From contig CAZTBI010000003.1 in NCBI GenBank assembly GCA_964612055.1, positions 40,268-104,267 of the forward strand: a DNA stretch of 64,000 nt, read 5' to 3'. Position numbers and translations under genes: made by a program. Positions 48,782-56,206 of this stretch are shown in pieces. Below the pieces are notes generated by a model that was given only the letters and a program-made list of their open reading frames with translations, was not told where the DNA came from and did not search any database. Source of the DNA: an uncultured Bdellovibrionales bacterium. Lineage in GTDB: Bacteria; Patescibacteriota; Minisyncoccia; Moranbacterales; UBA1568. The stretch's first letter is position 1. Every line of letters starts with the position of its first letter.

Positions 48782-49423
48782 TTAATAAAACGAGAAGCGC
48801 TCTACTGGCCAGGCACGAAGCAGTACCCGTCCAATGATGCGCTCTTTCCCAATCGGACCAATAGCTCGTGAGTCATAACTGAACATGCGATTATCACCCA
48901 TCATAAAATACTGATCTTCCGGGACTTCCATGCGCGGCATATCCTTGGTCAAAATCGCCGGGCTGAGGTAGGCGCTCTCATCGAGGATGAAACCATCCGG
49001 ATGCTCTGTATTATAGACAATGACCTTGCCTTGCCTGATCTCAACTGCTTCCCCTGGCAAGCCAATCACTCGCTTGATAAAAAACTCTTTCGGATTCTTG
49101 GGGAAACGAAAAACGAGGACGTCTTGTCTGGCGACATCCTTGAAAGGTGTCACTTGAAAAGAAGGTTTGTCCGACCATCCAATATTGGTCTGCTTGTACC
49201 CGAACTCACTCACTACCAAGTACTCGCCATCCTCAAAATTCGGCTCCATACTCGACCCCTGAACAAAGAACGGCTGGAACAAAAAAACCCGAACCGGTAT
49301 AATGATAACAACGGCGAGAATAAACACTCGTACCATTTCCAGCAAGAGTCCGCCGATACCCAAGTACTCTTCCTTTTTTTGGTCCGTACCCGTATCGCTA
49401 GTATTGCGAATATCCTCTCCCAT
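48782..49423 (-). CDS. lepB: Signal peptidase I
   Basis: GSSMEPNF, FIKRVIGLPG, GDNR..SYDSR. Confidence 0.96.
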   Translation of the reverse strand: MGEDIRNTSDTGTDQKKEEYLGIGGLLLEMVRVFILAVVIIIPVRVFLFQPFFVQGSSMEPNFEDGEYLVVSEFGYKQTNIGWSDKPSFQVTPFKDVARQDVLVFRFPKNPKEFFIKRVIGLPGEAVEIRQGKVIVYNTEHPDGFILDESAYLSPAILTKDMPRMEVPEDQYFMMGDNRMFSYDSRAIGPIGKERIIGRVLLRAWPVERFSFY

Positions 49424-49538
49424 AGGGGTGAAAATGCGCCAAAAATAAAATAAACATTACTATTGTAACAGATTTTTCACGTTCAAGCAAGGGTCATCCT
49501 ATCCCATAAACAAAGCATTTCTAGACATTTTACGATCC

Positions 49539-51122
49539 ATGGACGATATACGAAAAACAAGCTCCTCTCGACCGCCACATTCATTCACTGTGGCTGATTC
49601 CGAACCCGCTTTTTTCTCTTCAGAATCTGAGAAACCAACATTTCTGAAGCAAAGGCGCTCTCGAACACTCATAGCAAAACTCTTCCTGGGAGCTGTCGGC
49701 GTACTCTTTTTCCTGACGCTCTGCCTCGTAGGATTCTTCCTCTCCAAAAGCATCTCCTTAGGAGAACGTATCCAATTTGAAAACACCTCTTCTCGTTCTT
49801 TCATGACACAACTCAAAGACCTCGGTCACGCTTTTTTGATCGAGAAGAACGGACTTCTTGAAGGAGAGGGCTCTGGCCGAATCAATATCCTCCTCCTTGG
49901 ACGAGCCGGAGAACACTATCCTGGGAAAAATCTGACCGATACCGTCATGATCATGAGTATCGATACCGAGACAAAACAAGTAGCACTCCTCTCGCTCCCC
50001 CGTGATCTCTACGTCCCTATCGGAAACACCGGTCTCTATACAAAATTAAACTCTCTCTACCAGTACGGCCTCTCAAGCAATGAAGGGACGACGCCTCTCA
50101 AAGAAACAATCAAACATATCACCGGAGAACCAATCCACTATTTTGTGACGCTCGACTTCGATGGCTTTGAAAAGATTGTCGATACCCTAGGTGGCATATC
50201 TGTCGATGTTGTTCGGGATTTCTATGATACCCGCTATCCAGGGAAAAACTACAGCTACGAAACCTTCGAGATCAAACGTGGCTGGCAGACGCTCGACGGT
50301 GCCACAGCGCTCAAATATGTCCGTGAGCGACACAATGACCCAGAAGGTGACTTTGGACGCGCCAAGCGCCAACAGCAAGTCATCCAGGCGATCAAGAGCA
50401 AAGCCTTTTCCTTAGGCACGCTCTTTAATGTCGTCACCATCAATCATCTCTTAGAGACACTCGGTGAAAGCGTCAAAACCGATATGTCACTCGAAGACAT
50501 GGCTCGTTTCCTGGAACTCTCTCGAACCCTTGATACTCAAAACGTCACCACCGTCGTCATCGACGCTTGGAAAAAAGAAAGTCTCCTTCGTGTCTCCCAT
50601 GTCCAGGTAGGGAGCGTGGCCGCTTTCATTCTCGTCCCTCGTGTTGGAAACTGGAGTGAGATACAAGACGTCAGTCGCGACATCTTCCACCGCGATGAAG
50701 AAAGGAGGCGTAAAGAAGCGATCAAAAATGAGGCCGCCTCACTGACTCTCTTCTCCACTCCAGCTGATATAGCCATTGCTACGAAAATAGCCACCTTTGC
50801 CAAAGAAGAATTGGGTTTTGCGACCGCTACCGCCCTTTCGATCCCCTCCATGGACAATCGCCCTGAAAAGAGTATCATTACTGAACGAGGGAATCTTACC
50901 AAGCCCTGGAGTTTAGATGAGCTCCTCAGGAAATTTTCCCTCACCAAAGCTCCTCTCCTACCGTTTGTATCTTCACGCGGCATGGAAAGCGACTTCCTCA
51001 TCGTTATTGGAGGGGATCTCGCCGAAGCCTTTTCACTCAAAGAAACCGCCGATCAAGCTGCTCTCGAAGAAGATCTCATGTTTTCCGAACCACTCCCCCC
51101 TCAACCGAAGAAAAAGAAATAA
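49539..51122 (+). CDS. LCP (LytR-CpsA-Psr) family protein
   Basis: TM; INILLLG, TDTVM, SLPRDL, ALKYVRER, DFGRAKRQQ. Confidence 0.93.
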   Translation: MDDIRKTSSSRPPHSFTVADSEPAFFSSESEKPTFLKQRRSRTLIAKLFLGAVGVLFFLTLCLVGFFLSKSISLGERIQFENTSSRSFMTQLKDLGHAFLIEKNGLLEGEGSGRINILLLGRAGEHYPGKNLTDTVMIMSIDTETKQVALLSLPRDLYVPIGNTGLYTKLNSLYQYGLSSNEGTTPLKETIKHITGEPIHYFVTLDFDGFEKIVDTLGGISVDVVRDFYDTRYPGKNYSYETFEIKRGWQTLDGATALKYVRERHNDPEGDFGRAKRQQQVIQAIKSKAFSLGTLFNVVTINHLLETLGESVKTDMSLEDMARFLELSRTLDTQNVTTVVIDAWKKESLLRVSHVQVGSVAAFILVPRVGNWSEIQDVSRDIFHRDEERRRKEAIKNEAASLTLFSTPADIAIATKIATFAKEELGFATATALSIPSMDNRPEKSIITERGNLTKPWSLDELLRKFSLTKAPLLPFVSSRGMESDFLIVIGGDLAEAFSLKETADQAALEEDLMFSEPLPPQPKKKK

Positions 51123-51124
51123 CT

Positions 51125-51667
51125 ATGAAGCTCGTTATTGGTCTCGGCAATCCTGGAAAGAATCATGCGACCACGCGTCACAATGCCGGTTTTCTGTGTC
51201 TTGATTTCCTCCAGAAGGAATGGGGCACCGACGCCTTTCACGAAAACAAGAAGATGTCTGCCGAGATAAGCGAGGGACAAGTCGGTAAGTACAAAGTGTT
51301 ACTCGTGAAACCGACAACCTTCATGAACGCCTCTGGCACTACCGTGAGTCAACTGGTGCACTTCTATAAGCTCACTCCCGAAGATATCATAGTGCTCCAT
51401 GATGATCTCGATATCGCTCCTGGCACCTACAAAGCCACCACATCCTCACGTGCTGCCGGACATAATGGCGTGAGCGATATCATCGAAAAACTTGGTACTC
51501 AAGACTTTTATCGTATTCGTCTCGGTATCGGCCGCCCGACAGAAGTAAAAGGCGCCTGTATGCCTTCCCATGATTTTGTCCTAGAGAATTTTTCTTCCGA
51601 AGAACTCTCGACACTTTCCACACTCTTCCCGCAGGTACAAGACGAACTCACCAAGCGCCTTTCGTAA
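51125..51667 (+). CDS. pth: Peptidyl-tRNA hydrolase
   Basis: GLGNPG, TRHNAGF, FMNASG, HDDLD, GHNG. Confidence 0.97.
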   Translation: MKLVIGLGNPGKNHATTRHNAGFLCLDFLQKEWGTDAFHENKKMSAEISEGQVGKYKVLLVKPTTFMNASGTTVSQLVHFYKLTPEDIIVLHDDLDIAPGTYKATTSSRAAGHNGVSDIIEKLGTQDFYRIRLGIGRPTEVKGACMPSHDFVLENFSSEELSTLSTLFPQVQDELTKRLS

Positions 51668-51683
51668 AAAGACGGCGCAATAG

Positions 51684-51713
51684 AAAAAGACCAGCTCTAC
51701 GCTGGTCTTTTTT
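51684..51713. terminator. Bidirectional terminator
   Basis: AAAAAGACCAGC-N5-GCTGGTCTTTTT. Confidence 0.88.
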
Positions 51714-51852
51714 GTGGTCGTTTCTCATTTCTATCCTCAGCCGGTAAAAACGGCAGCGAACTGCCATTTTCACACATTTCAGAAAGAACCTGCTAGGAGG
51801 GATGCCTGTACTTTCCCTGAGGACAGAAATCAAAAACCACCCTTATAACGTA
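51684..51852 (-). ncRNA. Candidate stand-alone structured ncRNA (three-way junction; 6S-like or novel)
   Basis: Own promoter and terminator, no credible ORF, long closing stem and 13-bp UUCG hairpin with G-U pairs on this strand. Confidence 0.65.
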
Positions 51853-51858
51853 AGTCTC

Positions 51859-51887
51859 ATCATAGCAAAAATCCGCCCTTCTGTCAA
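51859..51887 (-). promoter_or_regulatory. Promoter of candidate ncRNA
   Basis: TTGACA-17-TATGAT with TGn extension. Confidence 0.85.
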
Positions 51888-51951
51888 TTCACCCAGTGAA
51901 ATCCTCGCGAAGCTAAGGTATCCGTTTATGCGGATAATTTCATAGGGTAAA
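51887..51951 (+). repeat. Short Y-shaped palindromic element, copy B
   Basis: ATTCACCCAGTGAAAT-[2 hairpins]-ATTTCATAGGGTAAA. Confidence 0.75.
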
Positions 51952-51987
51952 AGAAAAAGAGCCCTGCTACTTGCGTAGACAGGGCTC
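51951..51987 (-). terminator. Flotillin operon terminator
   Basis: GAGCCCTG.CTAC-GCAA-GTAG-CAGGGCTC plus U-tract. Confidence 0.8.
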
Positions 51988-52018
51988 GGGCTTCACACGG
52001 CGTTGCCGCTAAAGCGAG

Positions 52019-53854
52019 TTACTTCTTGTCAGATGCCCCAGCCGTCGCAAACGCTTCGCCGGTCAGTGCGGTCTTGGCCTCACCGATCGAATCAGGCGTC
52101 AACTTGTCGAAGTCGAAGCCGAACTTGGCAGCGAACTGCTTCAGCACGTCTCCGTACCCCATGCTCTTGGCCTTCTCGATGAGACCGAAGATGGTCTCGT
52201 TCGGCATCGCAGCGAACTGCTTCAGCACATTGCCGTTGCCAGCCTGGCCGTTGCCGCCCATATCGATGATGCGCACCTCGTCGATGTTGCCGAGACCTTG
52301 GCCGATGGCTTCTGCAACCGGTACCATGATCTCCTTGGCAACTGCGCCAACGGCCGTGAGGACCGGAGGCAGTGCCTCGAGGATCATGAGGATTCGGCCA
52401 GTATCGTCGAGCTTCGCCAGCGCCTGTGCCCGTGCATCGATGCCTTCGGCTTCGGCCATGAGCCTGGCCTTGGTGACATCGGCTTCGGCCATGCCTTGAG
52501 CACGCGTACCGGTTGCACGCGCTTCGAGGTTGGCCTGCTCGACAGCTGCTGCTGCGAGGCCCTTGGCACGCTCACCGGCGGCTTCGGCTTCGGCTTCGGC
52601 CTGAGTGGCCTGTGCCAACCGCGTACGACCATCCGCTTCTGCTTGCTGCTTGGCGAGCTGGCCAGCTGCTTCTTTCTCAGCCGTGACGCGGAGTGCTTCG
52701 CCGCGTGCAGTAGCGGCATTCTGTTCAGCGTTGGCTGCCGCAACCGCTGCTTCGCCCTTCTTGGTAGCTTCGATAACCGCACCTTCGCCGCGCTTGGTGG
52801 CTTCAGCAACTGCTGCATCACCCTTCTTGAGGGCTTCGATGACCGCTGCTTCGCCCTTCTTGTTGGCCTGGACGATCACGGTGGCATTCATCTCAGCTTC
52901 GGTCCGCTGCCTGATCACATCTTGCAATGCGATTTGGGCTTGAGCCTCAGCTTGCTCGGCGGCGACGCCAGCAACCTTGAGCTTCTGGCCTTCTTCAGTT
53001 GCAGCGATCTCGGCAACGATCGGCACACGAGCCTTCTGGGCCCCGACCTTGGCTGCGTTGTCGGCGATCTGCATGTCACGGGCGCGTTCGGCATCCGAGA
53101 TAGCAGTGGTCGCTTCAGCCTTGGCCACTTCGCCTGCACGACGAGCGGCAGCAGACTGGACATCGCCACGACGCAGCGCCTCGGCTTCACCGATGCGTGC
53201 TTCCGCGACGACTTCCGCTGTCCGCTGCTTGCCGAGTGCTTCGATGTAACCTTCGGTATCAGTGACTTCCTGGATGGTCAGCAGGTCGATGGTCAGACCA
53301 AGCTTGGCCAAACTGCCATTGCCGATCTCAAGGGCACTCGTCTCGAACTGCTGACGATCACCGATGAGCTCTTCGACGGTCAACGTGGCGATGATGCCGC
53401 GCAGCACGCCGTCGAGGTTCTGCTTGGCCGTGTTACTGATGAAGGATTCGTCCTTGCCGAGGAAACGCTCGATCGCCAGAGCGAGCGAAGCGTCATCGGA
53501 GAGGATCTTGGTATTGCCAATGGCCTTCACACGAACCTGGACCCTGTTCTTGCTGGGAGCGACGACGTTCAGCTCCAAAGGGATGGTGTTGAGCGAAAGT
53601 GTCTGCACATCCTCCATGATGGGGATGCGCAGGAAGCCGCCGCCTTTCACCACTCGGTAGCCACGTTCAATTGCCTTCCCCTCATCACTGACCGACTTCC
53701 TCCTGCGGCCGAAGACGACCGCGACGACGTTGGGCGCGACCTTGGTGTACAGCTTCGAAACGGTGCGTAGCGTAGCGAGAACCACGCCGACGAGAACCAG
53801 AACGATCGCTGGAATGGTAAGCGCCGAAAAGACGCTATTGATTGTTTCCCACAT
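52019..53854 (-). CDS. Flotillin-like SPFH protein (FloT/YqiK type)
   Basis: N-terminal TM, SPFH (VKGGG..IP, AIERFLG, LRGII..LTVEE, GYIEALG), long Ala/Glu coiled coil; AAGGAG SD. Confidence 0.9.
   Translation of the reverse strand: MWETINSVFSALTIPAIVLVLVGVVLATLRTVSKLYTKVAPNVVAVVFGRRRKSVSDEGKAIERGYRVVKGGGFLRIPIMEDVQTLSLNTIPLELNVVAPSKNRVQVRVKAIGNTKILSDDASLALAIERFLGKDESFISNTAKQNLDGVLRGIIATLTVEELIGDRQQFETSALEIGNGSLAKLGLTIDLLTIQEVTDTEGYIEALGKQRTAEVVAEARIGEAEALRRGDVQSAAARRAGEVAKAEATTAISDAERARDMQIADNAAKVGAQKARVPIVAEIAATEEGQKLKVAGVAAEQAEAQAQIALQDVIRQRTEAEMNATVIVQANKKGEAAVIEALKKGDAAVAEATKRGEGAVIEATKKGEAAVAAANAEQNAATARGEALRVTAEKEAAGQLAKQQAEADGRTRLAQATQAEAEAEAAGERAKGLAAAAVEQANLEARATGTRAQGMAEADVTKARLMAEAEGIDARAQALAKLDDTGRILMILEALPPVLTAVGAVAKEIMVPVAEAIGQGLGNIDEVRIIDMGGNGQAGNGNVLKQFAAMPNETIFGLIEKAKSMGYGDVLKQFAAKFGFDFDKLTPDSIGEAKTALTGEAFATAGASDKK
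52740..52871 (-). repeat. Four 33-bp (11-aa) tandem repeats in flotillin coiled coil
   Basis: QANKKGEAAVI / EALKKGDAAVA / EATKRGEGAVI / EATKKGEAAVA. Confidence 0.85.
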
Positions 53855-53879
53855 GGTCAACTACTCCTTCTTGGTTGGT

Positions 53880-54416
53880 TCAGTTGGATTGCTTGGCAAC
53901 GCGGACAAGGCTGCCCGCGGCCTCCACGATGTAGACCGTTTCGCCGTCGACGAAGGATCGGCCTTCCTCGGAAGATCGCGCGGAGAGGTAGATGGTGCTG
54001 CCATTCTTGTCGGTGGTCACGACTTGACCCATTTGGCCGACAGGGATGCGCGTAGCCACGGTGGCCCGGCTTCCGACCAGGTCCCCTGTGTTGGTGTTGG
54101 TGGACACCTGCTGCCGACTGATGGTTCGGTAGAACAACCAACCAAGCAGAGCAATCACCAGTCCCGTGGCGGCCCCGGCAATACACGAAATCACAAGGGA
54201 GGATCCTAAGTGAGTCGCAATGGCACCGACAGCACCAAACCCGAGACCGAACAGAAACAGGTTGCGGAGAGACAACAGGCTGGGCCCACTGTCTCCGTGT
54301 GAGAACCCATCGCTGAGTTCAACATCGCTGTCGTGACCAAGGAGGCTCGCACCGATGATGCCCAAAGTCGAGACCCCGAGCAGCATCACAAAGCCCATCA
54401 TCTGAGAGATTTCCAT
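53880..54416 (-). CDS. Short NfeD (YuaF-like) membrane protein
   Basis: Three TM segments, DLVG..ATV..IP..GQV OB-type C-terminus; adjacent to flotillin. Confidence 0.85.
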   Translation of the reverse strand: MEISQMMGFVMLLGVSTLGIIGASLLGHDSDVELSDGFSHGDSGPSLLSLRNLFLFGLGFGAVGAIATHLGSSLVISCIAGAATGLVIALLGWLFYRTISRQQVSTNTNTGDLVGSRATVATRIPVGQMGQVVTTDKNGSTIYLSARSSEEGRSFVDGETVYIVEAAGSLVRVAKQSN

Positions 54417-54426
54417 GGAGATTTCC

Positions 54427-54714
54427 TCAAAACTTGAGTTGACCTTGACCTTCGTCTTCAGGGCGAAAGAAACGCGCTTTATAGGCGCGCCACTTTTCCT
54501 TCTTACGTAGGTCCCCTAAAACTACCTTCATCCCACGTTCCGGCCACGCCTCATCTTCCCAAACATCTGCGTCTGGTCCGAGTGAAAACGTAATCGTTCC
54601 GGAGATACCTTGGGCTGTGGCGACAGCGTACGGATAGCGGACATTATGCACCGACTCAACCGTAGCAATCACCGCATCCCTCTTTGAGGATGCTTGTATC
54701 ACATCTGTATTCAC
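54427..54714 (-). CDS. Small hypothetical protein, possible OB-fold
   Basis: Beta-rich pattern ITFSL..VW..P..GMKVVL..WRA..AR; first gene after promoter. Confidence 0.65.
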   Translation of the reverse strand: MNTDVIQASSKRDAVIATVESVHNVRYPYAVATAQGISGTITFSLGPDADVWEDEAWPERGMKVVLGDLRKKEKWRAYKARFFRPEDEGQGQLKF

Positions 54715-54792
54715 TTTCTGGGGGATATACCCACCTACATTGTCAAAGGGCCAGCCCAGAGAGCACTTTCAAAAAGGCACTCGGGACGCTCA

Positions 54793-54821
54793 ATAATAGC
54801 AGATAAATCTATTTTTGTCAA
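54793..54821 (-). promoter_or_regulatory. Promoter of the OB/NfeD/flotillin operon
   Basis: TTGACA-17-TATTAT with TGn; AGAT-TT-ATCT palindrome in spacer. Confidence 0.8.
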
Positions 54822-54835
54822 GAGTAAAAAGGCAC

Positions 54836-54865
54836 AAAAAAAAGAGGCTCCGAAGAGCCTCTTTT
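54836..54865 (-). terminator. rplY terminator
   Basis: GAGGCTC-TTCG-GAGCCTC plus long U-tract. Confidence 0.9.
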
Positions 54866-54886
54866 GGTTCAAATGTAGAGGAGAAT

Positions 54887-55573
54887 CTACTTCTTCTCTT
54901 CCTTTTTGACTTCGGCTACAGCAGGAGTAGCGGGATCAACTTCTTTGACTACGCCTTCTACCTTGGTCACATCGCCTTCGACTTTCTCATCAAGAGCAGC
55001 CATTTCAGCCTCCGTACGAGGAGCCTCGACCAGTACGATCGTCGTCAGCTCATCAGTGAGGACCTTCACGCCCTTCGGAAGAACCAGGTCCTTCACCTGG
55101 ATATGGGTAGAGAAATCTTTCAGGATCGAGAGATCGATAGGAAGTGTATGAGGCAGATCCTTCGGCAGACAGCTGACCGTCACTTCTTCCAATGTCTTCA
55201 CCAAGATACCGCCCTGCTCACGAACAGCTGGGGATTCACCAACGAATTCGAGAGGAATACGGGCTTCCAATTCTTCATCCATGCTCACCTCAAAAAAATC
55301 AATATGGGAAACGCGATTCGTCATAGCATCATGAGCCATGTCCTGGACAATGACACTCGCTTTCTTGCCATCACCAATCTGGAGAGAGATGATGCTCGAT
55401 TCACCAGCCAAGGCAAAAACTTTGCTAAAGGCGAAAAAATCAACCCAAAACATCTTTGAAGCCCCTTTGTGTCCATACATCACGGCTGGGATCTTTCCTT
55501 CTTTGCGAGAGCGTTCGAGCACGGCGCTGGAAGCCTTTTCACGAAGCGTAGCGGTAAGCTGTAGTTCTGCCAT
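54887..55573 (-). CDS. rplY: 50S ribosomal protein L25/Ctc
   Basis: IPAVMYG, HIDF, GESPAV, LPKDLP. Confidence 0.95.
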   Translation of the reverse strand: MAELQLTATLREKASSAVLERSRKEGKIPAVMYGHKGASKMFWVDFFAFSKVFALAGESSIISLQIGDGKKASVIVQDMAHDAMTNRVSHIDFFEVSMDEELEARIPLEFVGESPAVREQGGILVKTLEEVTVSCLPKDLPHTLPIDLSILKDFSTHIQVKDLVLPKGVKVLTDELTTIVLVEAPRTEAEMAALDEKVEGDVTKVEGVVKEVDPATPAVAEVKKEEKK

Positions 55574-55612
55574 AAAAAAATACTAGCTGATTATACTTGA
55601 AATTCTATGAAA

Positions 55613-55933
55613 TTAGAGAAGTGCCTCTACACCACCGGTATAGTTCTTGAGAAATTGGTGGACTTCGATAACGTTATTCGAAGACACTGCTTCACCCTGA
55701 AACACCTTGCGCGCCTCGCTTTGTTCCAAGTCAGTCAGCGTCCCTAAGGTAACGACACCAAACTGTCCGAGCGAGACAAAAACAATCGCCGCCGCTCCAC
55801 AACTTTCGCAGGTCATGTGAAACGTCGTCCGCTTATCATCTTCGTCGATGATGAGCATCTTGACCGGCCGATACTTCTTGTTACAGACCGGGCAACGAAC
55901 CAACGATTGGATGTTTTCAAGTGGCAGTTTCAT
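55613..55933 (-). CDS. Zn-ribbon hypothetical protein
   Basis: CPVC..CESC, TDL..E, VIEVHQFL; ATG 55933. Confidence 0.75.
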   Translation of the reverse strand: MKLPLENIQSLVRCPVCNKKYRPVKMLIIDEDDKRTTFHMTCESCGAAAIVFVSLGQFGVVTLGTLTDLEQSEARKVFQGEAVSSNNVIEVHQFLKNYTGGVEALL

Positions 55934-55984
55934 GTTTGTAGTGTACCAAAAAGAGCTCGATACAAGCAACTTTTGAGTAAAAGC

Positions 55985-56013
55985 AGTCTACCAGAAATAA
56001 TTCCCTTGGTCAA
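55985..56013 (-). promoter_or_regulatory. Promoter of Zn-ribbon gene and rplY
   Basis: TTGACC-17-TAGACT with TGn; -35 abuts the MITE-like element. Confidence 0.7.
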
Positions 56014-56156
56014 CCCCGCACCTTTTGTGCTGATATGCTTTATCCGGCGCACGGGCGAATAGCCCGATCCTATTCGGATCAGCGCCGGCATTTCAAAAAA
56101 TCACAGGACATTTTACTGTGTCGGGCGTTTGAAAAAACGGCACAAAAGGTGCGGGG
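56014..56156. mobile_element. MITE-like element (143 bp)
   Basis: Perfect 17-bp TIR CCCCGCACCTTTTGTGC, flanked by TCAA direct repeats; folded interior; no ORF. Confidence 0.7.
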
Positions 56157-56206
56157 TCAAGCCAAAGAAAAAAGAGCTTTGAAGCTCCTTCTCTTTCTCC
56201 CTATCT

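Noticed and set aside
51648-51833. 61-aa ORF inside the candidate ncRNA
   Set aside because: TTG start without RBS, runs through the terminator into pth
52298-53770. 490-aa plus-strand ORF
   Set aside because: Antisense shadow of the GC-rich, Ala-rich flotillin; no motifs or expression signals
54718-54733. CTGGGGGATATACCC as a second CsoR operator
   Set aside because: Half-sites are in the wrong arrangement relative to the 8845-8867 palindrome
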